Origin: an uncultured Alphaproteobacteria bacterium
GTDB lineage: Bacteria > Pseudomonadota > Alphaproteobacteria > Rs-D84
Reading direction: 5' to 3'
Assembly (NCBI GenBank): GCA_944392775.1
Contig: CALXXV010000010.1
Span: 12,966-76,965 of the forward strand
DNA length: 64,000 nt
The translations under genes were made by a program, and so were the position numbers. Below, piece after piece: positions 40,067-50,778 of this stretch. The first letter of the stretch is position 1. Every line of letters starts with the position of its first letter. Under the pieces are notes generated by a model that worked only from the letters and a program-made list of their open reading frames with translations, was not told the DNA's origin and ran no database searches.

Positions 40067-41290
40067 TATGCCATCGGCAAATTCTATAGTTTCTGGTACT
40101 TTGTTTTCTGCTTTTTTGCTGATTATTTTATTGTCACGATCTCGTACAATTGCATAACCTCTTTGCAAAACGTTTTTATAACTAAGTGAATTTAACATTT
40201 GATCCAAGTGGATCATAGATTGATTTAATATCGACAATTTCGTTTTAAAAGTATTTTTAAAATTATCAAAAAGATTCATCTTTTGCTTCGCTGCTTCCAT
40301 TTTTCCCGTAATTATTATGTTCAAAGTTCTAGTTAAATCATCTATTCGTTGTGCTTGTTCCATTACAAACTGTTTAGGATTTTTTATAGCTACCGAATCT
40401 AACCGACTTTTTGCATTTCCAAGACGTGTTGTAAAAGAGCTAGACAAGCGATGATGTAAGTTTTCTAATTCTTGAACCAAAGATAATTTTGTTGGCACCA
40501 CCATTTCTGCTGCTCCGGTAGGTGTTGGCGCACGTACATCTGCCGCAAAATCTATAAGCATCCAATCAGGTTCATGACCCACCCCCGAAATCAACGGTAT
40601 TTTACTTGCTGCAGCAGCACGAACAACTATTTCCTCTGAAAACGGCAATAAGTCTTCTAGGGCACCACCGCCACGCGCAACAATAATAACGTCAACATTT
40701 TTTTCCCGATTAAAATATTCAATGCCTGCAGCAACTTCTTTGGCGGCAGTCGCACCTTGTACAGTTGCAGGATACAAAAGAATTTTTACGGGGAATCTTT
40801 CACGCAACCGGTTTTGTATATCTTGAAAAGCGGCACCCGTAGGACTTGTAACAACGCCTATGGTTTCTGGGAACCTAGGTAAAGATTTCTTTTTAGATGC
40901 ATCAAAAAGCCCTTCTGCTGCAAGTTTTTGTTTGCGTTCTTCTAACATTTTTAATATTGCGCCAATACCAGCCATTTCTATATCGCTAACTATGATTTGA
41001 TAGTTGCTGCGGGCAGGATATGTGGTAAAACGACCTGTTATTATTACTTCCAAACCGTCTTCCAACTTAAACGGAATAGGGGTACCACGCCATATAATTA
41101 AAGATATTGCGGCGTTTGTATCTTTTATTGTCATATAAACATGACCAGATGTAGCACGTGTTATCTGAGATAACTCACCACGAATTTTTATTCGTGGGAA
41201 AGCTGTTTCAACGACAGTTTTTAACAATGCTGACGCATCTGATACACTAAATATATTGTCTGACTGGACAAAAGGCTCTGGTTTTTGCAT
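40052..41290 (-). CDS. xseA: exodeoxyribonuclease VII large subunit
   Basis: N-terminal OB-fold region and XseA catalytic core (VIIVARGGGALEDL). It is convergent with recN and overlaps it by 15 nt. Confidence 0.85.
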   Translation of the reverse strand: MQKPEPFVQSDNIFSVSDASALLKTVVETAFPRIKIRGELSQITRATSGHVYMTIKDTNAAISLIIWRGTPIPFKLEDGLEVIITGRFTTYPARSNYQIIVSDIEMAGIGAILKMLEERKQKLAAEGLFDASKKKSLPRFPETIGVVTSPTGAAFQDIQNRLRERFPVKILLYPATVQGATAAKEVAAGIEYFNREKNVDVIIVARGGGALEDLLPFSEEIVVRAAAASKIPLISGVGHEPDWMLIDFAADVRAPTPTGAAEMVVPTKLSLVQELENLHHRLSSSFTTRLGNAKSRLDSVAIKNPKQFVMEQAQRIDDLTRTLNIIITGKMEAAKQKMNLFDNFKNTFKTKLSILNQSMIHLDQMLNSLSYKNVLQRGYAIVRDRDNKIISKKAENKVPETIEFADGILRLN

Positions 41291-41337
41291 GGCTTTTCTG
41301 ATATAATTTTATATTATTAAGTTACGGAGTTTATATT

Positions 41338-42345
41338 ATGAGCAAACTAGATAATTTGCAACAAATAAATACTAACATTCCCAGAGAAACACTTGTCTTC
41401 CTTGCAGACGGTCTTGTAATCAAGCGCCCCGTAGATAAAACAAACAAAAAGATTCTAGACACTTGGCTAGGCAAACAAAAACAAGCAAAAGAGGTATCGG
41501 ATTCTCTTTTAGAACGTAAAAACAAACATTATTTTATTCCTCGTACTTTAGAAATTTCTTCAAATGAGTTCTTTTCTGTAGAAGAACGCGTATTTGGAAA
41601 ACCTTTAACTTCATCTTTTTTTGAGCAGCTTTCTGACAAAGAAAAAAATATCATTTATACTAGTTTTGCGCATTTTATAAATGATATAAATCAATCGCGA
41701 CAGGTTTTAACACAAAAAGAAACCTTTGATAATTTCACTAGCATTGAATATTTAGGTGAAGTTTCTATAAAAACATTAGTAGACAAATTAAAAAAACATA
41801 TACCAGAAAAAGATTTACAAATCGTATTAGACGCAAAAGACTGGTTTGATGTAGCTTCAGATAAAGACGCCAGTGTTGTTTTCGCACATGGCGACATGAA
41901 TGAACATAATATATTTTTTAATCGGGAAACTTTAACTTTATCAGTTATAGACTTTGCAGATTCAAAATACCAAAATGCAGATTATATGTTTAATGTAGAT
42001 TTAGCTAGACTTGGGTGGTTAGATGTAGAACGTCTGATAAAAGAATACGAAAAACTACCTAAAAAACAACACGTAAACATCAGTAATAGTCAAGAAATAA
42101 AAAAAATGAGAAACGCATTGTATAATTTTAAGAATGCGGCCGGTGAATTTTTACACAACCCCAAAATTGCCACTAAAATACGTATAAACATAATAAAACA
42201 AGAAATAGAAAAAATAAAACAATTATATAAACAAATTCATGGCACAAACCAATTTCAAAAGGGCAAAGATACTTTAAAAAAGTTAGCTAAAAACAATGAA
42301 TTTAAACAAGTGCTTAAAACAAAATATAACGAAAACAAACGCTAG
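41338..42345 (+). CDS. aminoglycoside phosphotransferase (APH)/choline-kinase-like kinase-fold protein
   Basis: Catalytic loop HGDMNEHNIFF and the following IDFADS motif. Confidence 0.55.
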   Translation: MSKLDNLQQINTNIPRETLVFLADGLVIKRPVDKTNKKILDTWLGKQKQAKEVSDSLLERKNKHYFIPRTLEISSNEFFSVEERVFGKPLTSSFFEQLSDKEKNIIYTSFAHFINDINQSRQVLTQKETFDNFTSIEYLGEVSIKTLVDKLKKHIPEKDLQIVLDAKDWFDVASDKDASVVFAHGDMNEHNIFFNRETLTLSVIDFADSKYQNADYMFNVDLARLGWLDVERLIKEYEKLPKKQHVNISNSQEIKKMRNALYNFKNAAGEFLHNPKIATKIRINIIKQEIEKIKQLYKQIHGTNQFQKGKDTLKKLAKNNEFKQVLKTKYNENKR

Positions 42346-42346
42346 T

Positions 42347-42748
42347 CTATAAATGAATATTAGAAAATATCGAATTTATAAATACGGTATCTTCCAAATT
42401 GATCCCGATGTATTTTGCAAATTTGTATGCTCGTTGAAAATCAAAATTAGAATTTACATAAGTACCAATGTCATAAGGAATTTCTATATATTTACCATAG
42501 TCATCAATAGATTGCTCAAAAGACAAATCAAGAACAGATCCATCAAAAACATTCTCTAGCCAAACATGTGACTTTAAAATGCCAATATTTTCATTATTTG
42601 AAAATTGTTTTAATCTCCAAACCTCAGTTTTATCCGGCATACGAAATAAAAGGTTCCATGTATAACTGGCAATCCCACAAAAACCCGCAGAAAACAAGCC
42701 TTTCTGCATACGATTTTTTTCGTATTTTATATAGAAAGTCGACGGCAA
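42347..42748 (-). CDS. hypothetical protein
   Basis: 133-aa ORF. No motifs recognised. Confidence 0.35.
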   Translation of the reverse strand: MPSTFYIKYEKNRMQKGLFSAGFCGIASYTWNLLFRMPDKTEVWRLKQFSNNENIGILKSHVWLENVFDGSVLDLSFEQSIDDYGKYIEIPYDIGTYVNSNFDFQRAYKFAKYIGINLEDTVFINSIFSNIHL

Positions 42749-42825
42749 AGAAATATTTTTTATTTGTTCTACTAGTTTTTTAGTTGCTAAATCATAATAT
42801 TAACATATTTTCAATCCATTAACTT

Positions 42826-43953
42826 TTATAATTCCGTTAACGGCCAACGCGGGCGGGGTGCAATAGGTTCTTTAACAACACGTCCTAAAAGGTAATTTTC
42901 AATTCCTGCCCATGCAATCATGGCGCCGTTGTCAGTACATAAGTTCATAGGCGGAGCCGCAAATAACATGTTTTTTTCAGAAGCTAAATTCTCCATAGCT
43001 GCCCGAATTGCACTATTTTTTGCAACACCTCCTGCTACAACTAAAGTTTTTGGTGCGGCTTTTATAACTCTTTCATCTTGCAACGCGTTACTTAATCTAT
43101 CAATTATACAATCTACTACCGCCGCCTGAAAAGACGCGCAAAAATCGTTTATATACTCTTCTGAATACGGGGCAGATTGTTTGCCTAAAAAAGTTCGTGC
43201 TGCGGTTTTTATACCGCTAAAAGAAAAATCACACCCTGGTTTATCACATAAAGGTCGTGGAAATTTAAACGTCTTAGGGTTTCCAAGAGCAGCCCGTTTG
43301 TCCACCACAGGTCCACCTGGATAGCCAAGACCAAGCATTTTTGCAACTTTATCAAAAGCTTCTCCGGCGCTATCATCTAATGTTTGACCTATCATTTCAT
43401 ATTTTCCAACGCCTTGAACTAACAATATCTGACAATGCCCACCAGAAGCCAACATTAATAAATAAGGAAAATTAACGGATATCGCCCCATCAGTGCCGTT
43501 TGCAGCAGCAGCATGCAAACGCGGTACCAATGCATGTCCCTCAAGGTGATTTACCGCAACCAACGGTTTGTTTGTTGATTGTGCGATACCTGTTGCAGCC
43601 ATCCACCCAACCAAAACTCCACCTATTAAACCAGGACCTGCAGTTGCGGCAACAACATCTATTTCAGAAATATTTTTTCCAGCTTTTTCTAATGTTTGTT
43701 TTATAACTTCGTCTATAGCTAATATGTGTGCGCGCGCCGCTAATTCTGGTACAACCCCACCATATTTCTGGTGTTCTGGTATTTGTGAATAAATTATATG
43801 TGAAAGAATATTTCTATCAGAATCAACTATTGCAGCACTAGTTTCATCACAAGACGATTCAATGCCAAGGCACAATACGGCCCGATTAGTTCCTGTGTGT
43901 GCTTCGCCATCAAGTTGTCCCATATCTAAACGAATAATTTTTTCTTCACTCAT
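42826..43953 (-). CDS. tsaD: tRNA N6-adenosine threonylcarbamoyltransferase TsaD
   Basis: Kae1/TsaD family with metal-binding HxxxH-like HLEGHA, GVAKNSAIR, and the expected length. Confidence 0.9.
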   Translation of the reverse strand: MSEEKIIRLDMGQLDGEAHTGTNRAVLCLGIESSCDETSAAIVDSDRNILSHIIYSQIPEHQKYGGVVPELAARAHILAIDEVIKQTLEKAGKNISEIDVVAATAGPGLIGGVLVGWMAATGIAQSTNKPLVAVNHLEGHALVPRLHAAAANGTDGAISVNFPYLLMLASGGHCQILLVQGVGKYEMIGQTLDDSAGEAFDKVAKMLGLGYPGGPVVDKRAALGNPKTFKFPRPLCDKPGCDFSFSGIKTAARTFLGKQSAPYSEEYINDFCASFQAAVVDCIIDRLSNALQDERVIKAAPKTLVVAGGVAKNSAIRAAMENLASEKNMLFAAPPMNLCTDNGAMIAWAGIENYLLGRVVKEPIAPRPRWPLTEL

Positions 43954-44642
43954 TTTATTCTCACCAATGTTATACCCAAGTTATTGTTATTCTTTTCCTG
44001 CTTAGCAACATAATCCATAAAATCAACATCTACAACCTTGCCAGCAGCAGAAGACGCATGTCTAAAAACACCATCAGGCAGTAAAAAACCCATATGTGTG
44101 ACCGCCAAGTCAGTACCTATTTTATCATTTTTTCCAGAATTTCCAGCAATAAATAAAACTATTAGACTTTCATTTAGTTTTAGATTATTTAAATCCCTAT
44201 ATGGGATATATTCTATATTTACTGTTTCTACGGCACAATCATAATTTAAGTCATGGATTTTTTTGAGCCATTTTTTCTTATCTACAACTACTGTACGTAC
44301 GCTTGTTTTACCGTACTTAGCACTAACATTTTCAACAATATCTGAATTATTTTGCAGCCAATCAGATTCTATAAAATGGTTTCTGTTCAGAAAAGAAATT
44401 TGACCATTTTTATATCTTATTTTCGTTAATTTATTTTTATCTCCGCCTGCTAGAACAGTTTCCACAAAAGTTACACAGTCAAAGGCGTCAAATCTAATCA
44501 AAGGATCTGGGTCTGGTTTTTGTTCTTCACCCAATGGGTCAGACAAATATGGAACACCCAAATAATTTTCACCCATAGAAACATTTTTATTGCTTGCAGA
44601 ACAAGCAGTTAAAAATAGCAACAAAGGAAGAACAAATCGCAT
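43950..44642 (-). CDS. putative lipoprotein
   Basis: Signal peptide with lipobox LLFLTACS. The start overlaps the tsaD stop. Confidence 0.5.
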   Translation of the reverse strand: MRFVLPLLLFLTACSASNKNVSMGENYLGVPYLSDPLGEEQKPDPDPLIRFDAFDCVTFVETVLAGGDKNKLTKIRYKNGQISFLNRNHFIESDWLQNNSDIVENVSAKYGKTSVRTVVVDKKKWLKKIHDLNYDCAVETVNIEYIPYRDLNNLKLNESLIVLFIAGNSGKNDKIGTDLAVTHMGFLLPDGVFRHASSAAGKVVDVDFMDYVAKQEKNNNNLGITLVRIK

Positions 44643-44643
44643 A

Positions 44644-44964
44644 TCAGTTATTTTCTTTCAATTGTATACCCGTATAGCATAAAGAAACCGCATCTTTTAC
44701 AGCCATCTCGCCAGATTCAGGCAAAGAAGCTATTTTATCAACACATTTTACCAATAGTTCAGAATATTTATCTGATGCAACTAATATTTGCACTGCGGCT
44801 GTACGACGTTCTATATCAGCACCACGCCATTTTTTTAGGGTTGAACCTTCTAAATCCCCAGAGCGTTGCGCAATAAAAAATACAACTATTGTCAACAGTA
44901 AAACGGCGATACCTATAAAAAATTTAAGATATTTTTTAAAAAAAGTCATTGTTATCACCCCCAA
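44644..44964 (-). CDS. small membrane-anchored protein
   Basis: Single N-terminal TM helix FFIGIAVLLLTIVVFFI. Confidence 0.4.
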   Translation of the reverse strand: MGVITMTFFKKYLKFFIGIAVLLLTIVVFFIAQRSGDLEGSTLKKWRGADIERRTAAVQILVASDKYSELLVKCVDKIASLPESGEMAVKDAVSLCYTGIQLKENN

Positions 44965-44992
44965 AAAAGAATAAAACTATTACAAATTCGTT

Positions 44993-45351
44993 TTATTCAC
45001 ATTTTACTAACCAAACATCATAATCTGCATTTTGTAACGGATTTTTACCAGGTTCATTACCATTCATCCAACCGCTAAAAATTTTCCCTTCATCTGCCTT
45101 TGTTATTTCAATAAAAGAAAAAAAATTTTCTGCATCAAAAGGGTTTGTTTGTTTACAAGATCGAACAAGAACAGATAACTTTTCAAAACTGATCGTCTGG
45201 TTTACCGGCACAGAAAAAGTTTGAACCTTACCAGCGGCCTTATTCATTATACGAATAATTGCGTTGTTTTTTTCAATGTATGCATCAGCACTATTTGTCT
45301 GCAGACAAATAAAAATAAATAAAAGAAGGAAAGAACAAACAAATTTTTTCA
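44993..45351 (-). CDS. small secreted protein
   Basis: Signal peptide MKKFVCSFLLLFIFICLQTNSADA. The longer ORF call would overlap rplS. Confidence 0.45.
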
Positions 45352-45431
45352 TACCAAATATTTTACAAGTCCTATTAAACAATGTCAAATTGTTTAAAAA
45401 AAATCCTGCAAACATGCAGGATTTAATTACT

Positions 45432-45824
45432 TTATTCTTCTGATTTTTTATCCGACGCGTTTGTAGACAAATCTTCAACAATACGCGCTTTTTTGCCTGA
45501 CAATCCACGCAAGAAGAACAATTTTGCACGACGAACCTTACCTGTACGAACCTTTTCAATTTTTTCAATTGCAGGGCTGTACAATGGGAATTTGCGTTCT
45601 ACGCCAACACCATAAGATTCACGACGTACAGTAAAGGATGCATTATTTCCTTCGCCACCATCACGTGCGATTACAACGCCTTCAAAAACCTGAATACGGA
45701 ATTTATCACCATCTTTAATCTTTACGTGTACTTTTACTGTATCACCAGATTTAAATGTTGGGATTTTTTTATCACCTTTCAGTTTTGCAACTTGCGCTGC
45801 TTCAATTTTTTTAATAATGCTCAT
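45432..45824 (-). CDS. rplS: 50S ribosomal protein L19
   Basis: L19 sequence ...[28 protein letters not shown]... downstream of trmD. Confidence 0.9.
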   Translation of the reverse strand: MSIIKKIEAAQVAKLKGDKKIPTFKSGDTVKVHVKIKDGDKFRIQVFEGVVIARDGGEGNNASFTVRRESYGVGVERKFPLYSPAIEKIEKVRTGKVRRAKLFFLRGLSGKKARIVEDLSTNASDKKSEE

Positions 45825-45825
45825 T

Positions 45826-46506
45826 TTACTTTTCCTTTATTAAATCCGGACGACGCTGTTTTGTTATTTCGTCCGATTGTTGTTTCCGCCATCTTTCTAT
45901 ATTGCCGTGATGACCGGACAGCAGGACTTCTGGGACATTCCGTCCACGCCATGCCGACGGGCGGGTATATAACGGCCATTCCAACCCCCCGATTTCGAAA
46001 CTTTCATTAGCGGTCGCTTCCGCGCCACCACCCAAGACATAATCCATCACGCGAACCACACTGTCAACAAAAACCTGTGCGGCAATTTCGCCACCAGACA
46101 ATATATAATCACCAATGGATAATTCCTGTATATCATATTCATCTATAACTCGCTGGTCTATACCCTCGTAACGACCACAGAGCAGGGTATAAGTTGCGTT
46201 TTTATCACTCGCAAAATCGCGTACCATATGCTGATTAAGCGTTGGCCCACGAGGCGAAAAATATATAATTTTTCCTCTGTTTTTAACAGAATCTAATGCA
46301 TTACCCAGAACATCAGGACGCATAACCATACCTGCGCCACCACCAAACTGTTCATCATCAACACTGCCATAATTATTTATTGCAAAATCACGGATATTTA
46401 TAGCATCAAAAGACCACACGCCTTTTTCCATGGCACGACCAACCACCCCACCAGACAAGGTTCCAGGAAACATTTCAGGGAAGATAGTCAATATATTAAA
46501 ATGCAT
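45826..46506 (-). CDS. trmD: tRNA (guanine37-N1)-methyltransferase
   Basis: TrmD motifs [10 protein letters not shown] and [17 protein letters not shown]. Confidence 0.9.
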   Translation of the reverse strand: MHFNILTIFPEMFPGTLSGGVVGRAMEKGVWSFDAINIRDFAINNYGSVDDEQFGGGAGMVMRPDVLGNALDSVKNRGKIIYFSPRGPTLNQHMVRDFASDKNATYTLLCGRYEGIDQRVIDEYDIQELSIGDYILSGGEIAAQVFVDSVVRVMDYVLGGGAEATANESFEIGGLEWPLYTRPSAWRGRNVPEVLLSGHHGNIERWRKQQSDEITKQRRPDLIKEK

Positions 46507-46509
46507 AAT

Positions 46510-46848
46510 TTAATCTCGTTCTCTAGCACATGTATAGACTTTGCATAAAGATTGCATACCACGATCATAAGTTGTAAAAACCCCGTTACCTTTCAAAATA
46601 CGAAAGACGAAATTACCGGCGCAATATCTTGGATAACCTCTCAAAGTTTTAACATATGGGCATATTGTTCCCGCGGGAATTATTTTACGCCCCCATCTAT
46701 CTACCGGATATTTCATAAACTGACTACAAACATAAACGCAACAACAATATCTGTTTTTAGCATTAACAACAGGTTCTTTTGGCACAAAAATCCTCTCGTC
46801 GTTTTCTAAGGCAAAAGTTTTTGGTGTCGTTTTTAATTTTTTTTTCAT
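46510..46848 (-). CDS. hypothetical Cys-rich small protein inserted between rimM and trmD
   Basis: 112-aa ORF with a Lys-rich N-terminus and several Cys (CCCVYVC, CPY, CAG). No known motif. Confidence 0.35.
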   Translation of the reverse strand: MKKKLKTTPKTFALENDERIFVPKEPVVNAKNRYCCCVYVCSQFMKYPVDRWGRKIIPAGTICPYVKTLRGYPRYCAGNFVFRILKGNGVFTTYDRGMQSLCKVYTCARERD

Positions 46849-46858
46849 AATTATACTC

Positions 46859-47323
46859 TTATAAGTTTATAACATTATTTTTCAAATCAACTTCTGCACC
46901 AACGAAAGAAACCAAGTCACCGTTATCTAGTTCCAATATATCACCACCGCCATAATTTTGAATATTATCAACCACACCCAAAGTTATACCAGAACGCATA
47001 ACTTTCATACCTATTAAATCTGCTTGATAATATTCACCGTCTTTCAATTCTGGCAAATCTGCACGATTAATAAAAAGCTCTATGCCACGCAATAATTCTG
47101 CAGCATTACGATCATTTACACCGTCTATTTTTGCTATTACAACTGTTGATTTTGGATTTAATTGACGCACAAAATGAAAAGAATTATCTGCCAATTTATC
47201 GCTATATAATTTTAAAGTTTTCAAATCTGTCGGATTCTGAGTATAAGTTTGAACACGCACCTCGCCACGAATACCTTGTGGCGCAACAATTTTTCCAACT
47301 AAGATTTTTTTAACATCAAACAT
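46859..47323 (-). CDS. rimM: 16S rRNA processing protein RimM
   Basis: RimM N-terminal GKIVAPQGIRGEV and a PRC-barrel C-terminus, positioned between rpsP and trmD. Confidence 0.85.
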   Translation of the reverse strand: MFDVKKILVGKIVAPQGIRGEVRVQTYTQNPTDLKTLKLYSDKLADNSFHFVRQLNPKSTVVIAKIDGVNDRNAAELLRGIELFINRADLPELKDGEYYQADLIGMKVMRSGITLGVVDNIQNYGGGDILELDNGDLVSFVGAEVDLKNNVINL

Positions 47324-47377
47324 TTTATTCTTTTAATCTTGACTCGCCAAAAGACGAGTCAAGATCTAAAGCAAAAA

Positions 47378-47896
47378 TTATTCTGCGACAGGCTCTACTG
47401 ATGTGTCTTCAACAACGGCTTCTGCTGTTGCTGCTTCTTCATTTTTTTCTGCTGCAGCATTATCTTCTGCTACAGGAGCCGCTTCTTCTACTGGTGCTGT
47501 TTCAGCTTCTGCTTTTGCAGCGGCTTCTGCAGCCGCTTTTTCTTCAGCTATTTTAGCCAACTTTTCCTGTTTATCTTTAATTTTCATCTGTGTTTTTTCG
47601 GACTGCAAATGTTTTTTTGTTTGAACAGGTATCGGTTTTTTTTCAACTAAGCCAGCATTTGCCAAGAATTTATAAACACGATCTGACGGTTTTGCCCCCT
47701 TTGCCATCCAAGCCTTAACAGCGTCAATATTTAAAACTACGCGTTTTTCGCTATCACGAGGCTGCATTGGATCATATTTCCCAACTGTATCTAAAACATT
47801 ACCAGAATTACGTGCATTACGAGAATCTGTAACGACCACGTGGTAATAAGGACGTTTTTTTGCACCAAAACGTGCTAATCTAATAACTGTTGCCAT
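47378..47896 (-). CDS. rpsP: 30S ribosomal protein S16 with Ala/Glu-rich C-terminal extension
   Basis: MATVIRLARFGAKKRPYYHVVVTDSRNARNSG... S16 core, followed by an alphaproteobacteria-style low-complexity tail. Confidence 0.85.
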   Translation of the reverse strand: MATVIRLARFGAKKRPYYHVVVTDSRNARNSGNVLDTVGKYDPMQPRDSEKRVVLNIDAVKAWMAKGAKPSDRVYKFLANAGLVEKKPIPVQTKKHLQSEKTQMKIKDKQEKLAKIAEEKAAAEAAAKAEAETAPVEEAAPVAEDNAAAEKNEEAATAEAVVEDTSVEPVAE

Positions 47897-48141
47897 AATT
47901 TTTGCTCCTTAAAAAATTTTATTTTTCCAAAAACGCCACAACAAGAACCAATCATCAAAAGCGAAACTCGCCGGTTGATGTACCACGTGCATACCGCACA
48001 CTGGGGTTATGAAAGATGGCAATCTTTGGGATTTGCTGTATAATTATTAACAAAAAATCTTCAAAAGTCAATTTTTATTTAACAAAAACCTTTTTATACT
48101 GGACTTTTGCGCAATAACAATATAAAATACGAGCCATATTT

Positions 48142-48215
48142 GCGGGCGTGGTATAATGGTAGCACGTCAGCTTCCCAAGCTGAAGACGAGGGTTCGATTC
48201 CCTTCGCCCGCACCA
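48142..48215 (+). tRNA. tRNA-Gly (anticodon CCC)
   Basis: Cloverleaf: acceptor GCGGGCG, anticodon loop TTCCCAA, T-loop TTCGATT, encoded CCA. Confidence 0.8.
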
Positions 48216-48385
48216 AAAATAAAAAACGGGCTCACAGCCCATTTATTTAATTTTTCATTTCTCTATCTTTATAATTAGTGCTTTATATACTTCATATTTC
48301 TTCTATAAAGATTTTATTAATTTTCTATTAAAATCTTTCCTTAAAGCATAACTTTTTAACGTTTTATATTGTCTTTTTTCTTTAA

Positions 48386-49531
48386 TTATTTACCTACTGG
48401 AATTTGCAAAATCTGCTTAGGAAATATCAAATCTGGATTTTCAATATTATTACGTTCTGCAATTATGCTAAACAATATACCTTTGCGTAAAAAATTGCGC
48501 GCAATAATCCATAAACAATCACCTTGTCTAACAGTATAATAAGTATCATCGTCGCCAGTCATTTCTGGCATAACAAAAGTATGTCCAACCTGAGCAATTG
48601 TACGGCCGTCCCCATCATGCAGACGGATTGTTAAAGTATATTTTTTACCGACTTTCAATTGGCCTACATCAGCACCCAGACCAAAATGTTTATGATCTGA
48701 AACCTTTGCGAAGCCAAGATATTTATCATTTAAAGATAAAGACACACGCAAACGAGGCAATGCGTCACCAGTGACAACAATTCTACCAGTATCTAAATAA
48801 TCTATTTTAGACACCAACAAATCCCCATTGGCTAACAAAGTCGGGGCTTGCAACAATGTGCTGCCATCTTTCGTCATTAGTAAAGAAACAGAATTTTTAT
48901 ACCCACGAGGAGAAATGTAAATAAATACATTTTCTTCAGATTTTATTTCTGGATCAACACCTATCAAAGAAATTGTATAATTTCCTGGTTCAAACGCACG
49001 TGTAGGAGAATAAACAAACTCGCCATTAGCATCTGTTCTTTCTGTAGCCACAACTTCACTATCTATAAGTATAGAAATATTTCTATTTGCCATCCAACGC
49101 CCTGCAATAACAACATTACCAGACGGCTCTATACGAACGATATCAAACATTGGAATAGTATTTTCTTCAACAATACGAACTTCTGGATCTGGAACATCAG
49201 AAGCGACAACAACTGTCGGTGTCGAACTAGAACGAACAAAAGCCACCCATACTGCAACAAATATAACAAGCAATGCACAAAGAATAGGGAACCAATATGC
49301 AGCAATTCCTGTACGAACATTCTGTTTCTTATTTGCTTCGGTAATTAAAACATTTGAAGCCCCCTCATCTTCTTTCTTTGGGGCAGGTCTTGCAAAAATA
49401 TTCAATGTTTTTAAGAATTTTCTAGCAAAAGTACGACGCTTTTCCATCCAATTATTTTGTTGTTCTATGGCACTATCAATTAAATCATCTGTAGAACGCT
49501 TAACCTTTACCTTATAATTCTTTTTAACCAT
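48386..49531 (-). CDS. LysM peptidoglycan-binding domain protein with N-terminal membrane anchor
   Basis: TM helix WFPILCALLVIFVAVWVAFV and a C-terminal LysM YTVRQGDCLWIIARNF...IFPKQILQIP. Confidence 0.7.
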   Translation of the reverse strand: MVKKNYKVKVKRSTDDLIDSAIEQQNNWMEKRRTFARKFLKTLNIFARPAPKKEDEGASNVLITEANKKQNVRTGIAAYWFPILCALLVIFVAVWVAFVRSSSTPTVVVASDVPDPEVRIVEENTIPMFDIVRIEPSGNVVIAGRWMANRNISILIDSEVVATERTDANGEFVYSPTRAFEPGNYTISLIGVDPEIKSEENVFIYISPRGYKNSVSLLMTKDGSTLLQAPTLLANGDLLVSKIDYLDTGRIVVTGDALPRLRVSLSLNDKYLGFAKVSDHKHFGLGADVGQLKVGKKYTLTIRLHDGDGRTIAQVGHTFVMPEMTGDDDTYYTVRQGDCLWIIARNFLRKGILFSIIAERNNIENPDLIFPKQILQIPVGK

Positions 49532-49647
49532 ACCGTATTCTCCTGAATTTATGCAAGAAACTTAGTTTGGACAAATTATTACAAAAATAATTTCTTTGTC
49601 AATTTATTTGTGATATAATTTGCATGATGTTTTAATAAAGGAAAAAA

Positions 49648-50727
49648 ATGAAAAAAATTGGTATTATGACAACTGGCGGAGATTGTTCTGGTTTAAATAC
49701 AGTTATAGAAAGAATTTATCATGGTGCAACATTACGCGGTTGGAAAGTTATCGGAATACTTGACGGCACAGACGGTCTATCTGCTAATCCACCACGAGTA
49801 ATAGAGTTCAAAAACAATACATTACCAATAGAAAATGCGCGCCTTGCAGGAAGCTTTTTACACAATGGACGTGCTGACGCTTTAAATTTTGAAACAGCTA
49901 TAGAACGCGGAAAAATAGAGCAATTTAATAAAAAATTACGTCAATCACTATTAGATTTAAAATTAGATGCCCTTATTCTTATAGGTGGAAACGGTAGTTT
50001 GTCTCTTGCGTGGTGTAATAAAGAAATATATAAAGGATTACAATTAATTTGTATTCCCAAAACGATTGATATGGACATACCATTAACATCCAAGACAATA
50101 GGTTTTGATACCGCTGTTCAGCAATTAACAAATTTTTGCGACCAATTACTATTGACTGCACGCAGTCATCATAGATGGTTTATTGTTCAAACAATGGGAC
50201 GTGAATGCGGTCAGTTGGCTTTAAATGCGGGTATAGCGATTGGCGCCAGTGCTATCATTATACCAGAAATCAAATATGATATAAATTCTCTTATTTCTCA
50301 CATAAAATCTCAGACAAATGACTATGGTATAATTCTTGTTTCAGAAGGTGTATACTTGCGGGGACATTCTGGTAAACCGGCAGAGATAATTTCTAGAAAA
50401 CTAACCGCTGCAGGAATAGTTAATAGAACAGCATTTCCAGAGCATACTCAACGGGCAGGGGACACAACCGCATCTGATCGAATACTGGCAACGCAGATGG
50501 CCGATTGCGCATTAAAAGCAATTTCGAACAAAGAAACCTACGTTATGACGGCTATAAATAATTGTGAATGCAAAACGATCGGTTTAAACGATTTTTTTGC
50601 AGCAGGCGAAATATCTGATGATCCTAAAATTCTTGGTGTAAAAACATCAGACGCATATGTTTCACCAGAAGAACCTTTATTACAAGTTGCTGCAGATATG
50701 GGCATTTACATTGGTGAAACAAAATAA
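49648..50727 (+). CDS. pfk: 6-phosphofructokinase (PFK-A family)
   Basis: GIMTTGGDCSGLN, GGNGS, PKTIDMD and MGRECG motifs. Confidence 0.8.
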   Translation: MKKIGIMTTGGDCSGLNTVIERIYHGATLRGWKVIGILDGTDGLSANPPRVIEFKNNTLPIENARLAGSFLHNGRADALNFETAIERGKIEQFNKKLRQSLLDLKLDALILIGGNGSLSLAWCNKEIYKGLQLICIPKTIDMDIPLTSKTIGFDTAVQQLTNFCDQLLLTARSHHRWFIVQTMGRECGQLALNAGIAIGASAIIIPEIKYDINSLISHIKSQTNDYGIILVSEGVYLRGHSGKPAEIISRKLTAAGIVNRTAFPEHTQRAGDTTASDRILATQMADCALKAISNKETYVMTAINNCECKTIGLNDFFAAGEISDDPKILGVKTSDAYVSPEEPLLQVAADMGIYIGETK

Positions 50728-50732
50728 ATAAA

Positions 50733-50762
50733 AACCGCCTATAATGGCGGTTTTTTATTTAA
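50733..50762. terminator. bidirectional intrinsic terminator between pfk and dnaK
   Basis: Hairpin aaccgcc-tataa-tggcggtt, followed by a T-run. Confidence 0.6.
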
Positions 50763-50778
50763 TTGAAGACAATTTTCT

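Noticed and set aside
45352-45568. 5' extension of the small secreted protein ORF that overlaps rplS.
   Set aside because: A signal peptide begins at the internal MKKFVCSF. The upstream part overlaps the L19 coding region on the same strand in another frame.
47897-48141. Possible structured leader or riboswitch upstream of rpsP.
   Set aside because: I found only weak, short inverted repeats and no recognisable ribosomal-protein leader motif by eye. It is left as ordinary 5' UTR or promoter.
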